DNA from: an uncultured Pseudomonadota bacterium
GTDB lineage: Bacteria > Pseudomonadota > Alphaproteobacteria > JACZXZ01
Direction: 5' to 3'
Assembly: GCA_963749075.1 (NCBI GenBank)
Contig: CAVVLJ010000017.1
Coordinates: 320,001-384,000, forward strand
DNA: 64,000 bases
A program made the position numbers and the translations under genes. Of the stretch, positions 39,620-50,022 are shown piece after piece (the stretch's first letter is position 1; each line of letters begins with the position of its first letter). The notes below the pieces were generated by a model. It was not told the origin of the DNA and searched no databases. It saw only the letters and a program-made list of their open reading frames with translations.

Positions 39620-39753
39620 GGGTCAGCTCCCCTGCGCGAGGTGCTCACTCGCGCTCAACCAGTCGCGACATAGGCTGAACCTCCGCATGGCTCGCCCGAA
39701 CGGTCAAGCCGGCGGTCGTAGGAGCGCGGCCGGTCTGCGCTAGAAGGGTGATT

Positions 39754-39764
39754 TGTGATCACAG
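39754..39764. promoter_or_regulatory. Putative GntR operator 1
   Basis: TGTGATCACA(G) palindrome in an AT-rich patch upstream of gntR. Confidence 0.6.
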
Positions 39765-39864
39765 TTTTATGTATGATAGGTGCGTCTGCCTTCGCTCGCG
39801 GCGCCCGCCGGAGGGCGTCTCCGCCGGCAAGGCAAGCGCGTTTCATCCTGGATGGACGGTCAAT

Positions 39865-40611
39865 ATGGCATTCCAAAGCAAGACGACGGTCAAGCCGCGC
39901 GCGCCGTTGCCCGCCGCCCGGGTAAACGAGCCCGCTGCCACGCGGGAGAGGCCCGCGCTGCACATGCTCAGCCGCGACACGCTCCATATGCGCGCCCATC
40001 AGGAGCTGCGGCGCGCCCTGATCACCGGCGTATTCCTTCCCGGCCAGCCGGTGACCTTGCGCCAATTGGTCAAGAGCCTGGGCACCAGCATGATGCCCAT
40101 ACGCGACGCGGTCGGCCGGCTGATCGCCTCCGGCGCTCTCGAGATGCTGCCCAATCGCTCGGTCATCGTGCCCCAGATGACCCGGCGCAAATTTGTCGAG
40201 CTCTCACGCATCCGCCAGGCGCTCGAAGGCATGGCGGCCGAGAAGGCGTGCCAGGTCATGGACGGGGAGACGCTCGAGAAAATAAGGCATATCAACGCGC
40301 TGGCCAAAGACGCGATCGCCCGGCGCGCGCACGAGGACGCCTTTCTCTACAATCGCGACTATCACTTCGCGATCTACGAGGCCGCGAGCATGCAAGTGGC
40401 GCTGCCGCTGATCGACACCCTCTGGCTCCAGGCCGGGCCCTTCCTCTGCCTCTCTCTCGTCAAGCACGGCGCGCGCTGGAGCGCCGTCCATCATGATGCG
40501 GCGATCGAGGCCTTTGACGCCCGGGACGCCACCGCGGCGCGCCGTGCCATCGAGCGCGACATCGAGGAAACCCTCGTCTATTTGCTCGAGCACGGCGCTT
40601 TCGCCGAGTAG
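39865..40611 (+). CDS. GntR-family regulator (FCD domain)
   Basis: LGTSMMPIRDAV.RL wHTH, R.ALEG.AA, N..YHF.IY, H..AIEA. Start uncertain. Confidence 0.92.
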   Translation: MAFQSKTTVKPRAPLPAARVNEPAATRERPALHMLSRDTLHMRAHQELRRALITGVFLPGQPVTLRQLVKSLGTSMMPIRDAVGRLIASGALEMLPNRSVIVPQMTRRKFVELSRIRQALEGMAAEKACQVMDGETLEKIRHINALAKDAIARRAHEDAFLYNRDYHFAIYEAASMQVALPLIDTLWLQAGPFLCLSLVKHGARWSAVHHDAAIEAFDARDATAARRAIERDIEETLVYLLEHGAFAE

Positions 40612-40648
40612 CGCGATTTAGTTTGCATTGCGAAAAAACCATGGGCTA

Positions 40649-40660
40649 CTGTTATCACAG
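40649..40660. promoter_or_regulatory. Putative GntR operator 2
   Basis: CTGTTATCACAG, near match to operator 1, upstream of the catabolic operon. Confidence 0.6.
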
Positions 40661-40769
40661 ATAAATCATGCCCCACCCGACGGCTGCCGCCATGTCCGCA
40701 TGGCCGATGAACGTGCTTGGAACGGCCATGACGTGAGCCAAAGCGCCGAACATTGAGCAAGATCGAGCG

Positions 40770-41885
40770 ATGAGACAGGACGTCATCGAGCGGCAAGCGG
40801 CGGCCATGGGGGAGCTGGGTCTCGATGCCGTCATCTCGAGCTCGCCCGAGAATTTCGCCTACGTCACCGGCTTCCTCTCGCCGACCCAGCCGCTCATGCG
40901 CTGGCGCCATGCCATGGCGCTCGTCACGCGCGACGGCAAGGCAGCGCTTCTCGTCGTCGACATGGAGGCGAGCACGATCCGCGCCAAGGCGCCGGGCAGC
41001 GAGATCGCGGTATGGCAGGAATTCCAGTTCGACGCGATTGAGGTCTTAGCCGGGCTCGTCCGGAACCATGGGCTCGCCCGCGCCAACATCGGCATCGAGA
41101 TGGATTATCTGCCGGCCGGCGATTTCGCCGAGCTCGCGAAGCAGCTGCCGGAGGCGCGCTTCGCTCCCGCGCAGGCGCTCCTGGCGCGGCTGCGTCAGGT
41201 GAAGACGCCGGCGGAGATCGCAATCCTCCGCCGCCTCTCGCGCATCGCCGACCAGGCGATCGCGGACGCCTTCGGCGCGGTCAAGGCCGGGATGACCGAG
41301 ATGGACATCGCCGCGGCCTTGAGCGGCAACGTCTATGCGCTCGGCGCCGATCACTTCAAGATCATGATCGTGGCGACAGGCGAGCGCAGCGTCTTCCCCA
41401 ACGTCGGCCCGAGCGAGCGCGTTCTGAAACGGGGCGACATCTGCCGCGTCGAGATCTTCCCGACGCTTGGCGGCTATCACGCTGGCGTCTGCCGGACCGC
41501 CATGGTCGAAGAGGCGCCGCGCGAGGCCGAGCGCATCTGGCAGAACTTGGTCGCCTGCAAGTACCTGCTGCTCGACGCCATCAAGCCGGGTGCGGGCAGC
41601 CGCGCGATTTACGAGCTCTATCTCAAGAAGGTGGGCGAGCTCGGGCTGCCGCCCATTTCCTTCATCGGACACGGCATCGGGCTCCACCTGCACGAGGACC
41701 CCTATCTGGGACCTACTCCCAGCCAACCCCTCGAGGCCGGCATGGTGCTCGGCATCGAGCCGCTGGTCTACGAGACGGGCTTCGGCTTCGGGATGCAGAA
41801 CAAGGATATGGTGCTTGTGACCGCCGGCGGATGCGAGCTCCTCTCCGACTACACGGACACGGACCGGCTGATCAGGGTGGCATAG
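40770..41885 (+). CDS. M24/creatinase-like hydrolase 1
   Basis: N.AY.TGF, R.VKTP.EI, GHGIGL.LHE.P, IEP. Confidence 0.88.
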   Translation: MRQDVIERQAAAMGELGLDAVISSSPENFAYVTGFLSPTQPLMRWRHAMALVTRDGKAALLVVDMEASTIRAKAPGSEIAVWQEFQFDAIEVLAGLVRNHGLARANIGIEMDYLPAGDFAELAKQLPEARFAPAQALLARLRQVKTPAEIAILRRLSRIADQAIADAFGAVKAGMTEMDIAAALSGNVYALGADHFKIMIVATGERSVFPNVGPSERVLKRGDICRVEIFPTLGGYHAGVCRTAMVEEAPREAERIWQNLVACKYLLLDAIKPGAGSRAIYELYLKKVGELGLPPISFIGHGIGLHLHEDPYLGPTPSQPLEAGMVLGIEPLVYETGFGFGMQNKDMVLVTAGGCELLSDYTDTDRLIRVA

Positions 41886-41894
41886 CTTCGGCTC

Positions 41895-42695
41895 ATGGGC
41901 GTCGTTTCGCACATCGGGGTGACCGACCTCACGCTGCGCTACCGCTCCAAGGACGACGCGGTGGTCGCGCTCGACAACGTGTCGATGGAGATCGCTCCGC
42001 GCTCGTTCGTCAGCATCGTCGGGCCGTCCGGCTGCGGCAAGACGACGCTTCTCAAGGTGCTCTCCGGCGTCCTCAAGGCGACGAGCGGACGGGTCCTGTT
42101 CGACGGCGTCCCCATCGAGCGCACCAGTCTCGCCGGCAAGGTCGGCTACGTCTTCCAGCGCCCGCTGCTCCTCCCCTGGCGCACGGCGCTCGAGAACGTG
42201 GCGCTCACCACCGAGGTCTCCCAGAAGCACGTCGGGCGGGCGGAGCGGCTCGCCGAGGCGCGCCGCTGGCTGGCGCTCATGGGACTCGATGGGTTCGAGG
42301 ACCGCCTCCCTCACGAGCTCTCGGGCGGCATGCAGCAGCGCGTCTCGCTCTCGCGGGCGCTCGCCTTCCACCCGCCGATCCTGATGATGGACGAGCCGTT
42401 CGCGGCACTCGACGAGATCACGCGCGAGGCCATGCAGGACGAGCTCCTGCGCCTCTGGGCCATCACCGAGAGCACGGTGATTTTCGTCACCCACAGCATC
42501 AGCGAGGCGGTTCTGCTCTCCGAGCGGGTCATCGTCATGACGGCGCGTCCGGGCCGCGTCGACGAGATCATCGATGTGCCGTTTCCGCGTCCGCGCGACG
42601 AGGAGCTGCGCGGCAGTTCCGCCTTCACGGAGCTCGTCCAGCACATCCGCCGCAAGCTGCGCCGGGGCGAGCGCGTCGCGGAGGCCGCGTCGTGA
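41895..42695 (+). CDS. ABC ATP-binding protein (SsuB/TauB-like)
   Basis: GPSGCGKT, LSGGMQQR, DEPFAALD, FVTHSISEA. Confidence 0.93.
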   Translation: MGVVSHIGVTDLTLRYRSKDDAVVALDNVSMEIAPRSFVSIVGPSGCGKTTLLKVLSGVLKATSGRVLFDGVPIERTSLAGKVGYVFQRPLLLPWRTALENVALTTEVSQKHVGRAERLAEARRWLALMGLDGFEDRLPHELSGGMQQRVSLSRALAFHPPILMMDEPFAALDEITREAMQDELLRLWAITESTVIFVTHSISEAVLLSERVIVMTARPGRVDEIIDVPFPRPRDEELRGSSAFTELVQHIRRKLRRGERVAEAAS

Positions 42696-43471
42696 ACGCA
42701 CGCGTGCTCACCCGCACGGCGAGCCAGGCCATCGTCTTCTTGGCCTTTTTCGCGGTCTGGGAGGCGCTGGTCGACGTCCTCAAGATCAAGCCGGTGATCC
42801 TGCCGGGGCCGAGCCTGATTTTTCTCAGCATGGTCAAGAACTGGGCCTATTTGATGAAGAACACCTGGCCGACGCTGATCGAGGTCGGCGGCGGCTTTGT
42901 GATCGCCGCGGCGTTCGGCTTCGCGATCGCGGTCGGCATCGCGTACTCGCGCTGGGTGAGCGAGGTGAGCTACCCCTTCCTCGTGACGGCCCAGGTGCTG
43001 CCGAAGATCGCGCTGGCGCCGCTCTTCCTCATCTGGTTCGGCTTCGGACTCACGCCCAAGCTCGTCATCGCGGCGCTCATCGCCTTCTTTCCGATCGTCA
43101 TCAACACGGCGCGCGGGCTGACCTCGGTGGAGCCCGAGCTCATACAGTATATGCGCTCGCTCGGGGCAAGCTGGCGCGAGATCTTCTTCAAGATCAGCCT
43201 GCCCTGGGCGCTCCCCTACATCTTCTCCTCGTTCCGCATCTCGATCACGCTCGCCGTGGTGGGTGCCGTCGTCGGCGAGTTCGTCGCCTCCGACAGCGGC
43301 CTCGGCTACGTCATCAGCTATGCCAACACCTCGCTCGACACCGACGTCATGTTCGCCGGCATTTTCGTGCTCAGCGGCCTGGGCGTTGCGCTCTTCCTCG
43401 CCGTCGTGCTCGCCGAGCGCCTCGTGCTGCCCTGGCAGGCGGCGATCGAGGCGGCGCCCGAGACCATGTAA
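42692..43471 (+). CDS. ABC permease (SsuC/TauC-like)
   Basis: PKIALAPL..WFGFG..PK, GAVVGEF..S..GLG; GTGA overlap. Confidence 0.92.
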   Translation: MNARVLTRTASQAIVFLAFFAVWEALVDVLKIKPVILPGPSLIFLSMVKNWAYLMKNTWPTLIEVGGGFVIAAAFGFAIAVGIAYSRWVSEVSYPFLVTAQVLPKIALAPLFLIWFGFGLTPKLVIAALIAFFPIVINTARGLTSVEPELIQYMRSLGASWREIFFKISLPWALPYIFSSFRISITLAVVGAVVGEFVASDSGLGYVISYANTSLDTDVMFAGIFVLSGLGVALFLAVVLAERLVLPWQAAIEAAPETM

Positions 43472-43501
43472 CCACGCACCGTCAACAAAGGAGGCTTCCA
43501 C

Positions 43502-44471
43502 ATGCTGATGAGACGATTGATGCTTGCCGGCGCCGTCTTGGCGGTCGCCGGCGGTCCGGCGCTTGCCCTCGACAAGGTGACGCTTCGTCTCGACTGGGTC
43601 TACGGCTCCGAGCACGCGCCGATCTTCCTCGCGCGCGACAAGGGCTTCTTCGCCAAGGAGGGGATCGACGTTCGAGCTCATGCCGGGCGAAGGCTCGACC
43701 GTCACCGTGAAGCTGGTCGGCAACGGCACGGCGGACTTCGGCTACGCCACCGCCGACCAGGCGCTCATGGCCTATGCCAAGGGCCTGCCGGTGGTATCGA
43801 CCGCGGTCATCCTGCAGAAGAGCGCCTCCGCGATCATCTATCCGACGGCGACGGGCATCAAGACGCTCAAGGATCTCTACGGCAAGACCCTCGGCGTGCC
43901 GATGCTGAGCGTTGGCGAGAAGCAATGGCGCGCCATCATCAAGATCAACGGGCTCGACGGCTCCAAGATCAAGGAGCTGCCGACCGACCGCAACATCGCC
44001 CTGATGATCGAGGCGAAGAAGGTCGATGCCGCCATTGCTTTCTTCTTCAACGACGGCATCAAACTCATCACCGACGGCATTCCGACGAGCTGGATCCTGT
44101 TCGCCGACGCGGGCCTGCCGATCTATTCAAGCTCGCTCATCACCAATGCCGACATGATCAAGAAGAACCCCGACCTCGTGCGCCGCTTCACGCACGCCTT
44201 CGTCGAGGGCTGGACCTATGCGCTCGGCCACGAGAAAGAGGCGCTCGACGCCTTTCTCAAGGACATCCCCCAGGCCGACGTGAAGTATTCGACCGTCAAG
44301 TTCCCCGAGGTGCTCAAGCTCACCCAGACCGAGGACACGATCAAGCACGGCATCGGCTACTCCACGAAGGAGAAATGGGAGGCCATGCAGAAGTCGCTGC
44401 TCGACATCGGCATCATGCAGACCCCGGTCGACGTCGAGAAGGTTTTCACCAACGAATTCCTCAAGCAGTGA
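43502..44471 (+). CDS. NMT1/THI5-type ABC substrate-binding protein with an apparent frameshift near 43675
   Basis: Signal peptide and LRLDW...EHAP...KGFF.KEGIDV in one frame, continuing as PGEGS...FTNEF in another. Confidence 0.88.
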
Positions 44472-44475
44472 GCCC

Positions 44476-45576
44476 ATGATCAGGACCATCGCCATCCTGG
44501 GCGCCGGCCACGGCGGTGCCGCCGCAGCGGCCGATCTCGTGCGCCGCGGCTTCTCGGTGCGCCTCCACGCGCGGCGCGCCGAGCGGCTCGCCCCCTTTCG
44601 CGCCGCCGGAGGGGTCGAGGCGCGCGGCGTGCAGGAGGGCTTCGTGCCGCTCGCTCACATGACCACGGACGTGGGTGAAGCCGTGCGCGGCGCCGACCTC
44701 GTGATGCTCGTGGTGCCCTCCGATGCGCACGCGTTCTATGCCGAGGCGCTGGCGCCGCACCTCTCTCCGGACATCCCGGTCTTCCTCAACCCCGGTCACA
44801 CCGGCGGCGGGCTTCACTTCGTCCACGAGCTGCGCAGGGTGGGCTATGGCAAGCCGGTCCAGAGCTGCGAGAGCGTTTCGCTCACCTACATCTGCCGCAT
44901 GGAGGGACCGGCCAAGGTCGGCATCTACAGCTACACCAAGCGGCTCGCCTTCGCGGCATTCCCCGGCAAGAACGCCCGGCGGCTCCATGAGCTCATGAAG
45001 CCGGTCTATCCCGAGTTGACGCTCGCCTCGAGCGTGCTCGAGACGGCGCTCACCAATCTCAATGCCGTCTTCCACCCGCCCGGCATGGTGATGAACACCG
45101 GGTGGATCGAGCATACCGGCGGCAATTTCCTCTTTTACCGCGAGGGCATCACCGAGGGGATCGGACGCGTCACCGCCGCCGTCGACGCCGAGCGCATTGC
45201 CATCGCGCGGGCGCTAGCACTGCCGGTGCGCACCTTCCTCGAGGCCTTCTACCAGGCCGGGCTGACCACGACGGCGGCCTTCGAGAGCGGCTCGATCGCG
45301 CGCGCCTGCCGGGAGAGCGAGCCTAACTTCACGCTCAAGTCGCCGCCCGCGCTCGCCCATCGCTACATCAACGAGGACGTGGGCTACGGCCTCGTGCCGA
45401 TCGCCGCCTTCGGAGAGCTTGCCGGTGTCGCCACGCCCGTGATCGACGCGCTCGTGACGCTCGCGAGCAGCGCCGCCGGCATCGACTTCCGCAAGACCGG
45501 CCTCACCCTCGAAAAGATGGGCCTTGCCGGGCGGCGGCCTGCGAGCCTCGCGCAATTCCTCGAAGAGGGCGATTGA
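44476..45576 (+). CDS. NAD/NADP octopine/nopaline dehydrogenase-family protein
   Basis: GAGHGG, NPGHTGG, N.NAVFHP, FY.EG.T, HRY..EDV.YGL. Confidence 0.9.
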   Translation: MIRTIAILGAGHGGAAAAADLVRRGFSVRLHARRAERLAPFRAAGGVEARGVQEGFVPLAHMTTDVGEAVRGADLVMLVVPSDAHAFYAEALAPHLSPDIPVFLNPGHTGGGLHFVHELRRVGYGKPVQSCESVSLTYICRMEGPAKVGIYSYTKRLAFAAFPGKNARRLHELMKPVYPELTLASSVLETALTNLNAVFHPPGMVMNTGWIEHTGGNFLFYREGITEGIGRVTAAVDAERIAIARALALPVRTFLEAFYQAGLTTTAAFESGSIARACRESEPNFTLKSPPALAHRYINEDVGYGLVPIAAFGELAGVATPVIDALVTLASSAAGIDFRKTGLTLEKMGLAGRRPASLAQFLEEGD

Positions 45577-45590
45577 GGGGAACGCCCGCC

Positions 45591-46583
45591 ATGGCCGCCC
45601 GCATCGGCATCTGCTTTGACGGCTTCAAGCCGTTCCACGAGACGCTCGAGCTCGCCAACGAGGCGGCGGCGGCCGGGGCCGAGAGCGTGTGGATGGCGGA
45701 CCATCTCGGTTACCGCGAGGCGATCCTTTCGTGCCTCGGCTTCGCGCTCGCCGTGCCCAAGGTCAAGGTGGTGCCGACCGCGGTCAGCCCGTATCTGCGC
45801 CATCCGATGCCGGTTGCCATGCAGATGTCGACGCTGGCCGAGGCGGCACCTGGACGCGCGGCACTCGCAGTCGGCATCGGCAATCCGCTCTTTCTCGGCG
45901 AGGCGGGCGAGGGCATCGAGAAGCCGGTCAGGATCGTGCGCGAGTTCGTCGAGGCGCTGCGCGCGCTATGGTCCGGCCAGCCCGTCGAGATGGAGGCGGC
46001 GCGCTTTCGCCTCAAGGGTGCGCGCATGATGTTCAGCGCAAGCGCGCCCATTCCCATTTATCTCGCCCCGATGCGCGAGCAGATGCTGCGGCTCGCGGGC
46101 CGCATGGCCAACGGCGTCGTGCTCTCGGCCGGCATCTCCGCGGGCTACGCGCGGCATTCCCTCGCGATCATGGCCAAGGGTGCCGAGCAGGCCGGGCGGC
46201 CGGCGAGCGACGTGCTGACGGCGGGCTGCCTCTTCTTCATGGCCTCGCGGGAGCCCAAGCGCGCGATCGAGGAGGTGCGGCGCAAGCTCGCCTTCGTCCT
46301 GCGCAACCGCTTTCTCGACGAGAGTCTCGCTTTCACCGGCATCCCCCTCGATCAGGCGGCGATCATCGCCGCGATCGCCGAGCGCGACTTCGAAGGTGCC
46401 TCGCGCCTCGTGCCGGACGACGCGGTCGAGGCCTTTGCCGTCGCCGGCAGCGCCCGCGCGTGCTGCGACAAGCTGCGGGCTTTCGCCGACGCCGGCATCG
46501 AGGAGCTCGTGCTGCTCGTCGGCGGCGAAGGCGAGGACCGGCTCGAGGGCCTTAAGGTCATCCGCGAGTTCACGGCGAAATGA
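45591..46583 (+). CDS. LLM-class flavin/F420-dependent oxidoreductase
   Basis: W.ADH..YR, SPY.RHP, APGR, PIPIYLA, LAG..A.GV. Confidence 0.85.
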   Translation: MAARIGICFDGFKPFHETLELANEAAAAGAESVWMADHLGYREAILSCLGFALAVPKVKVVPTAVSPYLRHPMPVAMQMSTLAEAAPGRAALAVGIGNPLFLGEAGEGIEKPVRIVREFVEALRALWSGQPVEMEAARFRLKGARMMFSASAPIPIYLAPMREQMLRLAGRMANGVVLSAGISAGYARHSLAIMAKGAEQAGRPASDVLTAGCLFFMASREPKRAIEEVRRKLAFVLRNRFLDESLAFTGIPLDQAAIIAAIAERDFEGASRLVPDDAVEAFAVAGSARACCDKLRAFADAGIEELVLLVGGEGEDRLEGLKVIREFTAK

Positions 46584-46615
46584 CCCACCGACATCCCTGA
46601 CGCATGGAGGAAGGA

Positions 46616-47746
46616 ATGGCGAAAGAGGAGAGCGAGCACGAGGTCTTCCGCAAGTTGCGCGGCATGATGAAGGCCAAAGGCTATGACGCGCTGGTGGCGT
46701 TCTCGCCCGACAACGTCACCTACACGGCGGGCTTTCTCGTGCCGAGCCACGCGACCAACCGCTTCCGCCGCACGATCTCGGTGCTCGCGGGCGACGCCTT
46801 CGCCGCGCAGGTCGTGGTCACCGTCGAGGAGAAGCTCGCCCTCGCGCGCTCGCGCTTCAAGGACGTCCGACCTTACGGTCAGTTCGACCAGGACCCCGCG
46901 GACGTGCTCGCCGATATCCTCGTGGAGGCCGGCGTCGCCCGAGGCAGAATCGCCATCGAGCTCGACTACATGCCCGCCAAGGACTACCTGCGGCTCGCGG
47001 CGCGGCTGCCCCAGGCCGGCTTTTTCGAGTGCAAGGACATCTATTTCAAGGCGCGCATGATCAAGACGGATGCCGAGGTCGCGGTCCTCCGCAGCGTCGG
47101 CGCGCTCACCGATCGGGTCATCGGCGACGTGCTCAAGACGCTCAAGCCGGGCGTGACCGAGGCCGAGGTCGGGCGGCAGATTTCCGATCGCATGTATGCG
47201 GGCGGCTGCGGCGAGCTCAAGTATCAGATCGGCTCCGGCGTCAACAGCGGCATCACCAATTGCGGCACGAGCGACAAGCCCATCGAGAAGGGCGACGTCA
47301 TCCGCGTCGAGGTGCTCGGCAGCATGCAGAACTACCGCTCGAACGTCACGCGCACGGCGGTCATGGGGCGGCCGAGCGAGGAGCAGAGGGGGATCTGGCG
47401 GACGATGATCCGCGCGCGCGACATCTGCAAGGCGATGCTGCGGCCCGGCGTGCCCGTGCCCGAGGTCTGGCGCGCCTACGTGACGGCCTGCCGCGAGGGC
47501 GGCATCGAGCCGACGCTGCAGTTCCTCGGCCACGGCATCGGCCAGACCATCCACGAGGAGCCGTACCTCACGGCCTCCCGCGATATCGTTTTCGAGCCCA
47601 ACATCACCTTCACGATGGAGCCGCTCTACATGATGCCGGGCGTCATGGGCTTCCATGTCGAGGACATGTACGTCATCACGCCGGACGGCTTCGCGCCTCT
47701 GAGCGGCGACATCACGCCGAACGACAAGCTCATCGAAGTCGGCTGA
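46616..47746 (+). CDS. M24/creatinase-like hydrolase 2
   Basis: NVTYTAGF, RMIKT..E, GHGIG..IHEEP, MEP, HVED. Confidence 0.88.
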   Translation: MAKEESEHEVFRKLRGMMKAKGYDALVAFSPDNVTYTAGFLVPSHATNRFRRTISVLAGDAFAAQVVVTVEEKLALARSRFKDVRPYGQFDQDPADVLADILVEAGVARGRIAIELDYMPAKDYLRLAARLPQAGFFECKDIYFKARMIKTDAEVAVLRSVGALTDRVIGDVLKTLKPGVTEAEVGRQISDRMYAGGCGELKYQIGSGVNSGITNCGTSDKPIEKGDVIRVEVLGSMQNYRSNVTRTAVMGRPSEEQRGIWRTMIRARDICKAMLRPGVPVPEVWRAYVTACREGGIEPTLQFLGHGIGQTIHEEPYLTASRDIVFEPNITFTMEPLYMMPGVMGFHVEDMYVITPDGFAPLSGDITPNDKLIEVG

Positions 47747-47758
47747 GGGAGCCCGGTC

Positions 47759-48931
47759 ATGGCGATGTCCAGTCTCAAGATCCGCGGCGGCAAGGTGTTC
47801 CTCGTAGCACTGCCGATCCGCCGGCCGCATTTCTGGGCGGGTCACACCACCCGGATCGGCGAAGGCTATATCGTGCTGCGTCTCGAGCTCGAGAGCGGCA
47901 TTGCCGGCTGGGGCGAGACCCAGGTCATCGGCACCTGGGGCGGCGACCACGGCAGCAAATACGGCGAGGCGCCGAGGCCGACGGCGGTCGTCCTGAGGGA
48001 CATTCTCCTGCCGGCCATCACCGGGCTCGACGTGACGCAGCTCGATCTCCTCCATGGCCAGATGAACCGCGTTTTGCGGGGACATCCCTACGCCAAGGCC
48101 GCGATCGACGTGGCCGCTCTCGACGCCATCGGCACGGCTCATGGATTGCCGGTCTATCAGCTCCTCGGCGGGCGGTTCCGCGAACGGGTCGAGATCGCCC
48201 ACAGCATCGGCCTGATGGGGGCCGAGGCCGCGGCCAAGGAGGCGGCCGCGGCCGTTGACGAGGGCATCAGGACGATCAAGATCAAGATCGGCATCGATCC
48301 GGCGCGCGACATCGGGGTGGTCGGCGAGGTCCGAGCCGCGGTCGGCAAATCGGCGCGGCTCAGGGTCGACGCGAATCAGGGCTACCGCACCTGGCGCGAG
48401 GCGGTCGCGGTCATCGAGGCGCTCGAGAAATACGACATCTGGTACGCCGAGCAGCCGGTCGAAGGCTTGAGCGCCATGGCGGAGGTCAGTGCGCGCAGCC
48501 GCGTCCCGATCATGGCGGACGAGAGCGCCTGGAACGAGCATGACGTGCTCGAAATCATCCGCCGCAACGCGGCGCAGATGCTCTCGGTCTATTACACCAA
48601 GCCCGGCGGTCCCTCGCGCGCGAAGCGTCTTCTCGCGGTCGCCGGCGCCGGTGCCTTGCCTTGCGACATCAACGGCTCGGCCGAGATGGGCATCGGCAAT
48701 GCCGCCAATCTCCATCTCGCCGCGAGCTCCCCGGAAATCTCGCTCCCGGGCACGATCCCGATCACCTCGACGGCGGAGAAGGTGGTGACCGAAGTGGCGT
48801 GCCGCACATACCTCGACGACCTGATCGAGGAGCCCTTCCGCTACGCCGACGGCTACCTCCATGTTCCCGAGGGTCCGGGTCTCGGCATCAAGGTCGACGA
48901 GGCCAAGATCGCCAAATATCTCGTCGGATGA
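47759..48931 (+). CDS. Enolase-superfamily, muconate cycloisomerase-like enzyme
   Basis: GWGE, KIKIG, RVDANQG, EQP, ADES, P.GPGLG. Confidence 0.88.
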   Translation: MAMSSLKIRGGKVFLVALPIRRPHFWAGHTTRIGEGYIVLRLELESGIAGWGETQVIGTWGGDHGSKYGEAPRPTAVVLRDILLPAITGLDVTQLDLLHGQMNRVLRGHPYAKAAIDVAALDAIGTAHGLPVYQLLGGRFRERVEIAHSIGLMGAEAAAKEAAAAVDEGIRTIKIKIGIDPARDIGVVGEVRAAVGKSARLRVDANQGYRTWREAVAVIEALEKYDIWYAEQPVEGLSAMAEVSARSRVPIMADESAWNEHDVLEIIRRNAAQMLSVYYTKPGGPSRAKRLLAVAGAGALPCDINGSAEMGIGNAANLHLAASSPEISLPGTIPITSTAEKVVTEVACRTYLDDLIEEPFRYADGYLHVPEGPGLGIKVDEAKIAKYLVG

Positions 48932-48966
48932 GCGCCTGTGCCGAGATCGAATGAGAGTTGGGCGAC

Positions 48967-50022
48967 ATGTCGAATGAACCATCGGCGAACGCGGACCAGG
49001 GTCTCGTACCGGTCATCGACATCGCCCCGTACCTCGGCGGGAACGAGGCGCAGAAGCGCGAGGTTGCCGCCCGGATCGACGCCGCCTGCCGCGAAGCGGG
49101 GTTCTACATCATCGTCGGCCACGGCGTGGATGCGGCACTGATCGAGCGCATGGCAGCGATATCGCGCGAGTTCTTCGCCCTTCCGCTGGCGGACAAGATG
49201 CGGCTGCACCGCGACGGGAGCGGGGAGAAGGGCTCCGTCGGCTACTCGACGATCGGCGACAACAACCTCTCCTATACGCGCGGCGAGAATCTCCCCTTCG
49301 ATCTCAACGAGACCATTCAAATCGCACCCCTCGACGTCGGCAACGACGCATATTACCGGGAAGGCGCTACGCTCGGGATGTTCCCGCCCAACCAGTGGCC
49401 GGAACGTCTGCCGGCGTTCAAGGAGATCTTCAGCGACTATTACCGACGCATGATCGCACTTGCCGGCGACCTCATGCGGCTCTCCGCCCTGGCGCTCGAG
49501 CTGCCCGAGGACTACTTCGCCGACAAGATCGACCGCAGCGTGAGCAAGCTTGCCGCTCGTCTCTATCCGGAGCAGGCCGAGGAACCGCTGCCGGGCCAGC
49601 TCCGGGCCGCGGCCCACACCGATTACGGCACGCTGACGATCCTGAAGCCCGGCAACGCGCCGGGCGGGCTGCAAATCGCCGACGGAGAAGGCCGTTGGCA
49701 CGATGTCCCGATGGTGCCCGGCTCCTACGTGATCAATCTCGGCGATGTCATGGCGCGCTGGACGAACGATCGCTGGCGCTCGACGCTACATCGTGTCACG
49801 AACCCGCCGCTGGAACTGCGCCGAAGCTCCCGCCGGCTCTCGATCGTGTTTTTCGGCCATCCGAATTACGATGTCGCCGTGTCCTGCCTGCCGTCTTGTC
49901 GGCAGCCGGGGAACCCGCCGCGCTACGAGCCGATTACCGTCGCGGATTACTATCTCTTGAAACAGAATCAGGGGCGCATCCTCCGGACTAGGGCTTCCTC
50001 TCCTCACGAGGCCGCGCCATGA
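48967..50022 (+). CDS. Isopenicillin-N-synthase-family 2OG/Fe(II) oxygenase
   Basis: VPVIDI, AC.E.GF.Y..GHGV, HTDYG.LT, NLGD..RWTND.W.STLHRV, R.S. Start uncertain. Confidence 0.9.
   Translation: MSNEPSANADQGLVPVIDIAPYLGGNEAQKREVAARIDAACREAGFYIIVGHGVDAALIERMAAISREFFALPLADKMRLHRDGSGEKGSVGYSTIGDNNLSYTRGENLPFDLNETIQIAPLDVGNDAYYREGATLGMFPPNQWPERLPAFKEIFSDYYRRMIALAGDLMRLSALALELPEDYFADKIDRSVSKLAARLYPEQAEEPLPGQLRAAAHTDYGTLTILKPGNAPGGLQIADGEGRWHDVPMVPGSYVINLGDVMARWTNDRWRSTLHRVTNPPLELRRSSRRLSIVFFGHPNYDVAVSCLPSCRQPGNPPRYEPITVADYYLLKQNQGRILRTRASSPHEAAP

Noticed and set aside
43665-43685. Programmed frameshift separating the signal peptide from the binding protein
   Set aside because: No slippery site; a single-base indel restores a normal gene; error or recent mutation.
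49988-50022. 35-bp convergent overlap of the oxygenase and SCO genes as antisense regulation
   Set aside because: Short tail-to-tail overlaps are common in high-GC genomes; it probably just marks the junction of two modules.
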